From positions 1,252,335-1,316,334 of the forward strand of contig MU057521.1 in NCBI GenBank assembly GCA_013265495.1: a stretch of 64,000 nucleotides of DNA, read 5' to 3'. The position numbers and the translations under genes were made by a program. Below, piece after piece: positions 13,198 through 26,400 of this stretch (positions within the stretch are counted from its first letter, which is position 1; the number at the start of each line of letters is the position of its first letter). The notes beneath the pieces were generated by a model that worked only from the letters and a program-made list of their open reading frames with translations, was not told the origin of the DNA and ran no database searches. The DNA is from Vicugna vicugna (taxonomy: Eukaryota).

Positions 13198-15098
13198 AAA
13201 ATAAGAAGAAGCTAAATATTATTCTGTATTTTAGACAGAGTGTATATGCATATATTTGAAATTATAGCAAATATCTTACCTACATTTCATAACTTTATCT
13301 TTAAAGAGATTTAATAGGAAGAGAATAGAATAACATAATATAAAAGTATGTATTTAGAGACAGTGGGAAAGCAGGAGAAGACAGGTTAGGAGGAAGCAAG
13401 AAAACCCATGAGAGAGAAAGCTCTGATATGAAGGGAAAGTACAAATAAAATATTTAGGTCCTTTTTGATTTTGTTAGTATCTTTTATAGTAATTCCTTTT
13501 TCATCCTTAGGGTTCTAGTCTAGGTGGGATATACTGATGTGTTCAGAGTATTAGTCTTCTCATTAGTATCATTGGCTCTTAGCACCCTAAATGGAATCCT
13601 CTAAGGACCCTTGGTATTAATGGTCTTCTATCCTAATATTTTATAAAAGGTTGTTTATTTTCTGCTACAAAATCAAGACTTACCATCAAGCATCACATGA
13701 GGTGTCTGGTGAAAACCCTACGTAACAATATAGGATCGATGTATATACTCTGTTCCATTCCCAGTTCAAAATTATTTTCCCTAATTACTTAAAAAAAATT
13801 TTTTTTTTGCTTTTCAGTTTTTCACTAATCTAAAACCTACAGAGATGCCCAAATAGAAAGATGACAGAACAAATGTTTCAGATTTTTTTGCTTTTTAGAT
13901 TTATTTTTAGCTTTTCTTATCTACAGCTTTGTACTTTCAATTTAGATTTATACCAAGTAATTATAATTTTAAAATAATATATAAAGACATTAGAAATAAT
14001 GGAAAAGGACATCTAGTCATTCCTTAAAGTTTCAGTTTCAACTCCTCAAAAAGCATATTATTTGTTTCTAAGGTAGCATCTTCAAAATGGGAAAATATAT
14101 AGGCTTTCCTCAGGGTATCATGCATTATTACATAGTGATCCGTTCCCATTAGCACTTTCTGGTGGGTAGGGAGATAGATGGGAAAAAGAAATGGGAGTAA
14201 TCATTCTACCCTTTTTATTACATCATAGTGACTTCTTTAAAATATCTGCAAAATATTTTTTTTATAAGAGAATTTCTCTTCAAAAATATTTTATCGCTTT
14301 TGGACTTTTATTGCATTAGACTTAAAAATCTGTTCCAAAAATGAAAGGACTAATATCTTTTGAATATATTTTAGAATTTTGTCTTAATTTAATTAAAATG
14401 TGAAACAACTTTAATTTCATTTTCAGGTACTTTGAAAGAGAGAAATAAACTTTTGTCTGTTACTTTCCTTGAAAATGTTGAATTTACCCCAGTGTGTTGA
14501 AAGTACAACACAAAATATTGTTAAAATTTTCCATTTCAACAGAAAGTATATCTAGTGATACTTTGTGGTTGTACTGAGAGCATTTAACACCTGTGGAAAT
14601 GGTCTTCTTTTCTGTTGGCCACTAGGTTAGGTGCTAAGGGTACAAAATTATTAATTATATCTAATCTTGAGAAAGATTAATTGTGCTTATAGAAGTGGGA
14701 GGAGTTTTTATTTTCTGTTACTATTTTAAGTTTTAAAATATGGTTAACTTCTGCAAGTTTTTGTTTAAAAACACTTTCAAAATTAAGACTACTATATCAG
14801 GTTATAGTAAGATGGAATGTTATTGGATTTAAAAACTAATAGACCCTTAGGAAGTACTGGTTAAGAAAAAAATTAGTTGAATCTTAAGTAGCTTTATTAC
14901 AATGTGATCTGCACCTTCTGCACAACAAACACAGAAGTGTTTTCTCTTGAATTATCAACCTTACAGAATTAAAATTTGCTCCTCTATATGCTGAGGTTTA
15001 TTTCATTTTAAATGTCCGTTTAAGAATACTCTGGGGGAAAGAAATAATATTCTGCAATGCATTTTTACTTTGACTGTTCCACCTTCATTTTTCTTTAG

Positions 15099-15211
15099 GA
15101 GTTGATCCCTCTCATATTGTGTACAGCATGCCTACATCCTGAGCCTAAAGAGAGAGACCAGCTGCTCCACATACTTTTCAATTTGATCAAGAGGCCAGAT
15201 GATGAGCAAAG
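15099..15211 (+). CDS. RELCH: RELCH coding exon, 113 nt: ELIPLILCTACLHPEPKERDQLLHILFNLIKRPDDEQ(R)
   Basis: ttctttag|GAG...CAAAG|gttggt; phase 0 to 2. Confidence 0.95.
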
Positions 15212-16529
15212 GTTGGTGTGACGACTTCTTTGGAAAATAAATATAATGTTGACTTACTAATTTTACTAATTTGGCATCATGATTAGCATTTTAATTGGAA
15301 TGCCATCTTTTCTTCCTAATACCTATTTTAACAAACAGGAAATGCCCCATTCATGGTGCTCTGCAATGTTTTCATTCTTGTTACTCCAGTTGCTCATGTT
15401 GAATTTGTACACTTTTGTGTTAAGTTAGCTTTGGTCTTCTAAGTCTTCAAATTCAAAAATATTTCTTTGCTTTTATCTTTCACATTTGATTTCCAAGAAT
15501 TCCTGAATATTCCTCCTTTCCTCACAGATGAACTAGATACAGCGTGGCCTCTTAATGGTTACGCTTTACAAGAAATAAAATATTTAATGTATGAATGTCT
15601 GCATCACTGAGCTATCTGTAAAGCAATTTCTGTGTGGCTAGAAGGATACAGTGTTTTGGTTAGTCCTAAGTCAAATACTCACAACCAGGGGTGATTGAGT
15701 GGAGAAATGAGTTACACCTGAGGGTGGTCGAGGGACAGAATGCATGTCAGGGAGCCTTTTGGGAAGAAGGGGGATTTGATCAAACAACAGTGGTAGATGT
15801 CTGCCCCAGAGAGTAAGATCTTTAAATACTAGGTGAAACTGTACAAGTGTGAACATGAACAAAACATCCTGGTGGGTGGGTAGGTAGACTAAGCACCAGG
15901 TGGATAAGATTGAGCCATTGAAACGTTTTTCTATGTTATAATTTTCTATCTTAATTGAAAAATTATTTTTTATACTTTTGCAAAACAGTAGAATTGTACT
16001 TTATTATTAGGTAACTTTATGTAATTTCAGTACTTTTTTTTACTGTCTGTTACAATTTTTACCTCCTCTGGGAATGTTTGGAGAGTCATAAAAGTAAGCC
16101 ATAATAAGACAAATCAAGCCCAGAATTTAAATACAAGGAATCTCAACTGTGAGAATAAAAAGTCATGTGGACTTTAAAACTCTGTAAGCATGTATCTCCT
16201 TCCTACTCTTACCAAAATATACCTGAGCAAGCGGAGAAACATGTCCTTTCAGGATCTAGTCAAGATTAATCTACATTAGCAGTCTTTACATACTAGTTAA
16301 ATAGAAATGAGGGAAATTCTGTCATACCATTCATTCCAAACCGAAATTTTTCTAGGGACAATTTGATGGTGCTAGATAGGAAAATTAATATCTTATTTTC
16401 TCCTTGAAAAATACTTGGTAACTTAGTTAATTTGTAAATCCACTTGCTACATTATCATTTTTACTTTGCAAGGCAAAAACCTCTCCATCTTTATAGCCCA
16501 TGTCCATACACTCTGCATGTAAAGCTAGC

Positions 16530-16548
16530 AGCTGCCACCTGGTGGCCA
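16530..16548 (-). promoter_or_regulatory. CTCF-binding motif
   Basis: Minus strand reads TGGCCACCAGGTGGCAGCT, a close match to the CTCF core consensus CCASYAGRKGGCRS, within AT-rich intron. Confidence 0.65.
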
Positions 16549-17959
16549 AAAGTACCTTTTAGCCTTACTTCAGGTCAAGATGCACCAGGAATTAAATACT
16601 TATGTTCACACTTAAATCTTTCAGCTTATAGAAATACAGTTATTTATTGAAATAAATTAATAATTTAGTAACTATATATAATAGGAATAACAAATTAATG
16701 AAGCAAAATTTTTAAATTAGCGTATGTTTGACATATAATCAGTTGTTGCTTTTCTTTAGTGAATCTCAGGCTTCCTTGTATCCTAAGAAAACCTTAATTT
16801 TATGCTCAAAAATGGTACACTTTGGCACTTCTTTGCTAACAACCATAACTGACCCCATATTTCTACGACTGTGTCAAATAGTAGTCAAATGGTTCTTATC
16901 CTGTGATTTTTCCATAAAGAGGAATAGTGTTTATTTTTATCATCTCAGGAGCCTTTTTCCAATGCTGTTAATAATCTATAGGCCATCTGACCTTTTCTGT
17001 TTTCAGGTGTATCTCAAACTGTCATATTTTTTAGAATTTTAATCTTTGCTGAACAAGAAGTTTGAGAGGCCTAACATTTTCTTGAATAAATTTGTACATC
17101 TTTAGTATAGTAATGATGAGTCATGATTTAAAGTTATTTCATGTGAAGGTTTTGTACAAGTGTACACTTCTTACATGTGTTTGAAATGCCTAAATTTCCC
17201 CAGAGTTCACTTATTATAAATATCAAATATTCAGAACCTATGCATATAGCTTCTCATTATTTTAAGACACTAGTAAGGATGAATGACTAGATATTAGGAA
17301 ATTTTCAGCGGGAAACAAGCAGCTAAACTGCTGTCTTAAAGCTTGGGAATTTCTTTTCCTCTTTTCTTTTTATTCACTTTGCCTTTCTAAAGTATAAGAA
17401 AATAGAAAAACAAAAGAAATGTTGAGAAATAGTCATAGAAGACAATGATGTAAATAAAAAGGGAAATCAGATAGATAAAAATTACAAGGTTAGGGGGAGA
17501 AGAAACTGCAGTATACAAGGAAGACATTGGCTCAACATTGCCTTTATTGTTGTCCAGATGCCTTTTGTTTGTCATTATTTTTCTCAACTTGAGAGAACAG
17601 TTGTAGCCAACTTGGCTAAACTACATAGAAATGTAAGGTCATTTTTCAGTTTAAATTAAATGGACATATTTTGAGAAACAGCAATGAGCAATGCCTAGGC
17701 TTTTATAATTAGTATGAATTAAACATTCTATTTTGGTTTTCCTTGAAGTTGGCTACTTTGAAATATCTATGGAAAACATACTTTCTTTTTTCATTAGGTT
17801 TTACTGTTTTGAAGTCTTAGACAATCAAAAGTAAAAAAGCTTACAGCTCTGCATTTTAAAGTCATTTTAAATAGAACTTCATTCTGAAGAGTGAAAAGTC
17901 TTATTTAAAATTTTATACTCCTTTGAAGTTATAAATCTGTCAATTCAAATGAAATTATT

Positions 17960-18506
17960 GTATTATTTATATGTTATTCTATAAAAAATTACCCCAAAAG
18001 AAAATGGTTTAAAATAACACTTTTATATTACAGTTTATGTAGTTCAGTTAATCTGGGTCTTCTGCCTTAAGGTATCTTGTAAAGCTCTAATTAAGGTATT
18101 GGCTGGGGTTGTAGTCACCTCAGGGCTCATTGGGGAAGGATTTGCTTCTAAGCTCATTTACATGGTTGGTTATTGGCAGGATTCAGTTTCTCATGGATTT
18201 TTGGACCAAGGGCTTCGGTTCCTCACTGACTTTTGTCCAGAAGCTGCCTTCAGTTTCTTGGCACATGGAACTTTCTAACATGGCAGTGTCCTTCCTCAAA
18301 CCATGCCAGTTGAGAAGGCAGTAAAGAGTTCCACACAGTGGATGCCACAGGTTTTTATAACCTAATCTCATCACTTTGGCCATTATTTTGTTCATTAGAA
18401 GCAAATCATTAGGTCCAGTCTGTACTCAAGGAGATGGGATTGCATAATGGCATGAATACCAGGAGATGGACATCATTAGGAGCCATGTGAGAAGCTACCT
18501 AACACA
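17960..18506 (-). mobile_element. MaLR (MLT1-type) solo LTR
   Basis: MLT1-like motifs (aattaccccaaa, ggctggggttgtagtcacct, ggcaggattcagtttctc, ggcatgaataccaggag); tg...ca ends. Confidence 0.7.
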
Positions 18507-18958
18507 GTTATCTTGGGTGCAATAACAAAAATTCTGATTTAAGAAATATCATTTTACTAATATGACATCACAGTTTTTAATTGTAGAAATACTGGGAAAA
18601 TAATCATTGATTGCTTTAGTAGCTAGAAACTCAAGTTCATTAGAAACTGAATCATTAAACTTACTCTAATCTAAGAATGCATATGTGAGAGGTTACTTTA
18701 GGAGGGTTTGAAATTCAGCTTCACACCAGTACAGAATCCCTTCACAGCATCTCACAAATGGTGTTGCCACTGCTGGAGGGATGAGTCTTAAGAAACTCAC
18801 TCTTTTGGTAGCAGCCTATCCGTTGTTGGAAAAGTCTAATTTGATTGTACAAAAATATTATACTTCATGTTAATTATAGCTGACTTCTTATAACCCTTAG
18901 TTCTAGTTCTATTTGCTAATACAAACAAAAGTCTTTATTCATTTGTATTATTTTTCAG

Positions 18959-19049
18959 GCAAATGATACTGACAGGTTGTGTGGCATTTGCACGTCATGT
19001 TGGACCAACACGTGTAGAAGCTGAACTTCTACCGCAGTGTTGGGAACAG
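18959..19049 (+). CDS. RELCH: RELCH coding exon, 91 nt: QMILTGCVAFARHVGPTRVEAELLPQCWEQ
   Basis: tttttcag|GCAA...CAG|gtaaat; phase 2 to 0. Confidence 0.95.
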
Positions 19050-19224
19050 GTAAATAACTGTATTAGCTTTTCCCTAGCTTTTATATTCTAATTTATTATA
19101 AATGCTCATATTATCTTTTTAAAATACTGTTAGGAAATATGCGGGATATAAATTACACTGCTATTTCTGTAACCCAGCACAATAATTTAATAGTGCTTAA
19201 GAATGCTCTGGGATGCCTTGCTTT

Positions 19225-19500
19225 TATTCATTCTTCCAACAGATATTTAGAAAACACTAGTTCCAGTGCCAGGTACTGTTGTCCCTAGGAATATGGTAGT
19301 GAATAAAAGACAGTGGCATTCTGGTAGGGAGGTAAGAGAAAACAAATAAATGAAATGATGTCTTGTAGTTTATAACTATGTAGAAAAAAGCAGGGTAAGA
19401 GATGGAGAGTGATGAGAACACTATTTTAGAAAAGGTGGTCAGGGAAGGACTCTCTGAGGAAGTAGTGTTTAGGCAAGGATCTGAATCAAGTGAGATATGA
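19225..19500 (-). mobile_element. LINE2 3' fragment
   Basis: ttattcattcttccaacagatattt...gtgccaggtactgt...ggtggtcagggaaggactctctgagga is L2-like. Confidence 0.65.
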
Positions 19501-20274
19501 AATGCAAAAAATACAGAAATTGCTGAGTTCAAGGATCTGAATCAGGTCGAGATATAAAATCCAAAAAAAGATAAAAAAACTGATGAGTTCAAGGGAGAAG
19601 CGTGTGTGTAGGTAGGTAATAGAAATAATACCTTGTATATATTATATGCTTATATATATTATAAATATATACAGGATATAAAGTGTAAACATTTGATGTA
19701 AGAGGATTATATATTTATAATTCAACTCACTATTTACTGACAATACTTTTGGTTTTGTATTGAATTTTAGTTTTCCAGTCCTTTAGAACTCAGAATCATT
19801 GACTTTCTAGACTAAGTGTTTATGTCATTAAGCAACTTACTCTTCCATCTTAAAAGGATGGATCTCTTACTTATGAAGACAAATTCCATGGCCTTATTTA
19901 TATGAGCATTGTCACTTATTCTTAGGAAAAACTACTAGTCTCTGGAATACTGCTAAAGTATATGATCTTTTAGAATTCTATTCCAATTTCTTTGCGTATT
20001 CAGTTTTTTCTTTAAAATTTAGTGGAGTCATATCTCGATTCAGTATTTGAAGGGAACATTATATAAAGTCATATCTAGATTATTCAGTATTTGAACTGTC
20101 ACATTATCTCTGACAGTCCCTTATGTCCTTTAAAGATTATAGTGCATACTAATTTAAGGTAAGGTTCTAATCATTAAAAGTCAGATTAATTTGGAAAAAC
20201 ATATACAATGTTGAATTTACAATTCTGTACAGTTATACATATGTATGTGTATTTTTTTAATAGTTTTTACATTT

Positions 20275-20810
20275 TACTTTCTTTTAAGTTTTATTGAGAT
20301 TTAATTCAGATAGCATATAATTCACCTATTTAATGTGTACAATTTAGTAGTTTTTAGTATATTCAGAGTTGCATAACTATCACCACAATCAATTTTAGAA
20401 CAATTTTATCACCCCCAAAAGAAGTCCCAACCCCTTGAATTGGTTCTCATAGTTCAAGATTATTTGGGCTATTCTCAGTCCCTTGAATTTCCATATGAAT
20501 TTTAAGATCAGCTTGTCAGTGTCCGCAAAGAAGCCAGCTGGAATTTTTATAAGAATTCTGTTGAATTGGAGAATGTTGCTATCCTAATAGTGAGCCTTTC
20601 AATCTGTGAATTTAGGATATCTTTCCACTTACATAGGTCTCAAAATTTCTTTCAACATTATTTTATAGTTTTCTGAATATAATTTATGTACTTTTAAACT
20701 TTATTCTTGAATATTTTATTCTTTTTAATACTATTGTAGATATAATTTTCTTTATTTTGTGTTTGTTCATTGCCAGTATATCAGAATACAATTGATTTTT
20801 CTGTGTACAT
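20275..20810 (-). mobile_element. LINE1 fragments (3' end plus ORF2 piece)
   Basis: ttttattgagatttaattcagatagcatataattcacc... and ttccatatgaattttaagatcagcttgtc are typical antisense L1M sequence. Confidence 0.7.
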
Positions 20811-21790
20811 TTAATTTTGAGGCTCACTGAGCTAGACTAAAGAAAAGCGAAATAAAACCTTACATATAGCATACTGTGACATTCAAACCATTTTGTTTTG
20901 AGATTACCATTTCTGGATTAAATTTAATTCAGAGATGTCAGTTATCAACGTCTCTACCACCACCTCTTCTGTAACCTGAGTGAAACATGGATATCTGTCA
21001 AGCCGCCTACCTCCAGTTTGTTGCCCAGTAGATTGCTACATAATTTCTTTTCTTAATTTTAGGCATCCAATACATTAATGAATTATGTCACCTTTTCATA
21101 TGGGAATATGAGAACAGATATACTTCTTTTCCAGTCAAAGAAAGATTTATATTCTATGAAGAAGACATATGGGAACAAAACCCAGTATGTGTATGTGTCA
21201 TTTTTTTTTGTTATTTTTTTGTTATGGTTCAGTGTAGTCATTACAGTGGTAAAACCCCATCATCTTGCATATGCAAACAGGAATGGCTTGAAATCTGCTT
21301 ACTTTAAAAACAAAATCATAACACCAGTCAGGGGCTCTGGTTAAATCTTCAGTTAATTTACTTCCTAATCCCTTAGGTTAAAAAAGAGGACTATGAATCA
21401 TTCCTGGCACATATTATAGACCATATCAATAAATATCCAGAAGCTGGGTTTTTCCAAATTAAGAAATATACTAATGTTACTAGGGAAGGAGAAAGTTGCT
21501 CCTGACATCCTAGGGAAAGCTTAGTCTTAGGCAAGCCTACAATCTCTAGACATCTTGCCAAATTTTCATCTTTGCTTTATCTTCTTTCTCTTTAACAGAT
21601 AACCCCTGTGACCTCACTTTTTAGGCTCTCCCTGATTTCCTTAATCTTGATCTAGGTATAGGGATCCCCAAAAGTGGAAAAGGAAGAAGCTTTATTGCAT
21701 TTTTAACAGGATTTGTGGTGAGAAATATTTCTCTTTTGGAGGAAGGGAAGATATGTTGTTTATACTTGGTTTATTTATTTTTCACTCTAG

Positions 21791-21862
21791 ATTAATCACA
21801 AATACCCTGAAAGAAGACTACTTGTGGCAGAGTCCTGTGGAGCACTGGCACCTTACCTTCCT
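21791..21862 (+). CDS. RELCH: RELCH coding exon, 72 nt: INHKYPERRLLVAESCGALAPYLP
   Basis: cactctag|ATT...CCT|gtaaga; 24 codons. Confidence 0.95.
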
Positions 21863-22082
21863 GTAAGAATTGTAACTTTTTCTTTAAAACCTTTTTTGTC
21901 TTTTTTTAACAATAGAGAAACCTTTTTTCAGGTGTCTTATACCTTTTCATCCAAATTCTGTCCTATCAAAGGAAAAAGATGAGCCAAAGAGAAAAAGACT
22001 CACGTTGATACCCTGTGGCATTGCAGACAGATTGGTACATTAACCATTGATTTTGCATGAGCATAAATCTATTAAACTGGAT

Positions 22083-23192
22083 CAGCAGTTCTCAAAGTGT
22101 GTTCTGAGGACCTTGGGTGGGGGGTTCCTTGATCCTTTCAAAGAGGCCCATGAGATGAAAATTATTTTCATAATAATATTAATGTTGTTTGTCTTTTTCC
22201 CTGTGTTGACATTTACACTGTTGGTGCAAAAGCTGTAATGGGCAACAATTCCAGTGCACTGATCAAGGCAGTGTCACCCAAATACACTGATAATGATTGT
22301 GTTCTTCACTGTCATGCACTCACAGAAAAAGTCAGTTTCACTCAAAAATGAGCTTGGTGAATCAGTAAAATTATCAATTCTAGTATATTTTGACCCTCAG
22401 TGTGCATCTTTTTAATATTCTATGTAACAAAATGGAAGGTAATGTCATCAAGTCCTTTTGCTGCGTTCTGAACTACGATGGCTGTTTGAAGGAAAGCAAT
22501 CGAATAATTTGAGTTGTGAGCTGAACCAGCTGCTTTTTTTGTGGGATACCGATTTTACGTGACAGACCACTGAAAAACAAGCTTCACGTATTCGGACTTG
22601 GGTATTTGGCAGACATTTTCATGAAAATGAATGAAATGGAGCCTGTCACTTCGAGGAAACAAGTAGACAGCATTCACTGCCAATGATAAAATTAGAACTT
22701 TTAAGTGAGAACAAGAATTTTGCAAAACTTGTATCTACCACTGTGAGCTTGACAGCTTCTATTCTTATCAGAAAAGGCTATGAAAATACTTCTCCCTTTT
22801 TCGATTACATGTCTCTGTGAAGCTGGATTTTCTTAAATACTTCAACCAAAATGACATAACACAATTGAATGCAGAGCAGATAAGAGGATCTACCTATATT
22901 CTTTTAAGTCAGACATTTAATAGATTTGCAACAAAATGTAAAAGAACATCATTCTTCTCACTAATTTTTTTGTTTATAGTTTCTTTATTAAAATTATAAT
23001 TTTATTATTCATGTTAACCTTTAATGAGTTTATTAGTTTTTAATAAATTAGTAATTTAAAATTTCTCATTTAAAATTTCTAATAAGATAAATGTCAATAG
23101 ATTTTACCCACCCAAACAAAAGCCATTTGGGAAGCTCATTAATTTTTAAATGACTGAAGGAATCCTGCCACCAGAAAGATTGAGAACCACTG
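22083..23192. mobile_element. hAT-Charlie DNA transposon (Charlie1-like internal deletion derivative)
   Basis: Terminal inverted repeats cagcagttctcaa ... ttgagaaccactg; internal decayed transposase-like sequence (gacttgggtatttggcagacattttc). Confidence 0.8.
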
Positions 23193-23291
23193 GACTGTTG
23201 TGCCCTTTTAGGTATATTCCCATAGGTCCAGGGATAGAGGGATGAGGTGACATCACAAATTTATTTTATTGTAAACAACTGTAGTTTAAAT

Positions 23292-23506
23292 CAGAGCTTG
23301 ACAAAATGCAGCCTGGAGACCAAATCTAGTCCGCAGCCTGTTTTTATAAAGAAAGTTTTGTTGGAACACAACCACACCCTGTGTATTTCCTATGTCTGCT
23401 TTCATGCTGCAACAGCAGAGTTGAGTCGTTTATAAGAGATTTTTTGGCCCCCAAAACCAAAAGTATATACCATTTGGTTTGTTACAGAAAGTTTGATGAC
23501 ACCTGC
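23292..23506. mobile_element. MER58-like hAT MITE
   Basis: cagagcttgacaaa...ccaaatctagtcc...aaagttttgttggaacacaacc...aaagtttgatgacacctg. Confidence 0.7.
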
Positions 23507-25613
23507 CTTAAAGAGTCATTTTTGTAAGATTTTTCTTTAAAAAGGGCACAAAAATTGGAATTATACAACAGTGTATGCACTATTTATGTTGCATTTACTA
23601 TAAACCTCATATTCTTTAGTGAAGAGTAAGAAACCAATAGCCAAGCAGTTGTCTTTTAAAAAACAAAATTTATTATGATTTTTAATTCAGAAAAACATAA
23701 AGAAAAAAGAATTCATAAGTGTCACTTCCAGTAACATTTTTTTATTTTGTTAAAAATAAATTTTTGTATAATATAGAAAAGAATAAAATGAAACTCAGAG
23801 ACTTCCCTGACCCTACTCATTTTCTCCAAAGATATACATCTATAGTTAGTAGTTTTTACATACCAGCTTGCATTTTTATAGCCTGTAAGTTTTTCTTACC
23901 CAGAATTAATCACAGTATATAATGTTCTGTACCCCTTGCATGGGAATCTGTGCATTTTTAAATTTCACAAACTGTTAATACCTCTGTATCTTGCTTCTTT
24001 CAGCATTTGCAATTTTGGTTTTGACAGTGTTAAATTGCCCCCAGCCAAGATAGCACAGATTGTACTCCCATCAACAGTGCATTAGAGTTCTTATTTTCCC
24101 ATACCTCCACCAAGAACTGGGCATAATCAAACTTTTTGTAAAATGTTTTCCTATCTTTTAAGAAAACTGGTATCTTGTTGTTGTGATAATTCTTATATAT
24201 AGTATATGCATGAGTGAGTTTGAGCATCCTATTATTTATTGTTCCGAGACAGAGATAAACATCACGTGCTTGCAGAGAAGGAAACTGTTCTATACTATTC
24301 CTAGTAGTAAGATGCTAAGCAGTATTAATAATGGACTTAATGTTTGTTCCATGGAACTCCACTTGCCTTGTACGTCACTCTAACTGATAACAGTAAAACC
24401 TCAGTGTGGTCATGGCTTCAATAGAGTAATGCCTCCTGACTTGGTCTGTGGGTTCCCTGTAGCATACTGAAACTAACTGCCGCAGTTGCCCTCAGCCTAG
24501 ATCACTGTAAAGCAAATACCCAGCTGAAGTTTACTTACCTCTTTCCTGTTGCCTGTGCTGATATTAACCAAAAAGCCCTTTTAATACACTTTAAGAAATT
24601 TTAGGGGGCAGTTTTTAGCCTAAAGGATAAATAAACAAGGCTATTTCCAAAAGACATATTCACTAACCTAAATATGATGAAAATTTACTAAAATTACATA
24701 TATTTTTGTTTCTAAAAATCAAAACAAAAACTAGGGTATTTTAAAATGTCTTTTAGACCTTACTCTACATACCAAATTGCACTGTAGATTTATGAAAATG
24801 GTCATATCCTTTTATTTGAACTATTATATATAAAAATGACCTAAACAAGTTTAGGTCTAAAAAATTTTATAAGTTGATCAAATTACAATAATGGTACAAA
24901 AAAAGGAAGGAAGGGCAAGAACTTGTGTAACAGTAAGTGGCGTTTATTCTAATCTCAGACATTAATTAGGATAAAACTATGGGGAAAAAAGTGAAATTAA
25001 GACACAACAGTGATTGACATTATATTAAATAGTAGCATCTAAGAATAGCAGTGCAGTTTTTTAAAAGCACTTTTAAAAGTTTACTCTCAGATTTTATCAT
25101 TCTGTTTGAATTTTTTTTCTCAGTTCTTCAAAAAATAGGAACATCAGGATTTTATGTTTCCACACTCCTACCCCAGGCAGATGTTTTAATTAGCAGAGTG
25201 ATTTTTGTAATCCCTCCTGGGTGCTCTTCTCTGCATTGCACAGGTAGTGGCAGGAGAGTCACTGTTTATAGCAGAATAGTGACTGTTGATTTGCCAAAAA
25301 TACACTGTGAAGATTGGAGGAATTGGTACATATTTAGTAAAAATATAAATACATGCTGGGAGATGATTAAACCAAGTTCAGGGTAGATAGTATCTTTAAA
25401 GAGGGAGATTGGAAGAAGAGAGAGAGAGTAGAAGAGAATGATGCTTTAGCTGTATCTGTCATGTCTTGTCTTTCAAAAATGAAGACACAAACATAGCAAA
25501 ATGTTAATATATATTTAATGTGGGTTTTAAATACATGGATATCTGTCATATTTTCTATACTTTTCTGCTGCTGGTCTAATTTAATAATAAAACATGTTCT
25601 TGTTTATTTTCAG

Positions 25614-25754
25614 AAAGAAATCCGCAGCTCCTTGGTTCTTTCAATGTTGCAACAGATGTTAATGGAAGATAAGGCCGATTTGGTAAGAGAAGCTGTGATC
25701 AAAAGCCTCGGTATCATTATGGGATACATTGATGATCCAGACAAATATCAACAG
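25614..25754 (+). CDS. RELCH: RELCH coding exon, 141 nt: KEIRSSLVLSM...IDDPDKYQQ
   Basis: ttttcag|AAA...CAG|gtgtgt; 47 codons, within ORF 25518..25772. Confidence 0.95.
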
Positions 25755-26235
25755 GTGTGTTTTTCAGAATGAATCTCATTTATTCCATTATAAAATTCCA
25801 GATAGGATAATACTCCAAATCTCTGGTTCAGATACCCTATAGTGGGGATGACAGGTGTGTTAGCCTTAACCAGTTGAAGTTGGCTGCCTGGTTTCAGTTC
25901 CTCAATTCTGAGGAGAGAATACTTTGATTCATTTATAGTATCTGCCACAGCTTTGTGGCAGGAAATTGGCAATAGACATGCCATGTTACCACCCTTTCTC
26001 TTTGATTTCCCCATCAATGGATACATGACATTTTTGTTCAGGGAAATTGGGAAGGGTAGGATTATGTATGGCTTTCTTTCTGGCTTAAAATGTCTGCTAG
26101 ATGTACTGCAATGTATATTATGTTTTATTGTGTTTTTAAATTTTTTTCCATACTTTTTTTCTCCTCCTTTTTCAGTTTTATTAGGCAGAATTTAATCTCT
26201 TTTAAGTCTACATTTTGCTTGTTTCCTTTTGGCAG

Positions 26236-26400
26236 GGTTTTGAATTGTTACTGTCGGCCTTGGGTGATCCCTCAGAAAGAGTAGTTAGTGCAACACATCA
26301 AGTATTTTTACCAGCTTATGCCGCCTGGACTACAGAACTTGGAAATTTACAGTCTCATCTTATACCTACATTGCTGAACAAGATTGAAAAACTTCTCAGG
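26236..26400 (+). CDS. RELCH: RELCH coding exon, 165 nt: GFELLLSALGDPSERVV...KIEKLLR
   Basis: ttttggcag|GGT...AGG|gtaagt; 55 codons. Confidence 0.95.
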
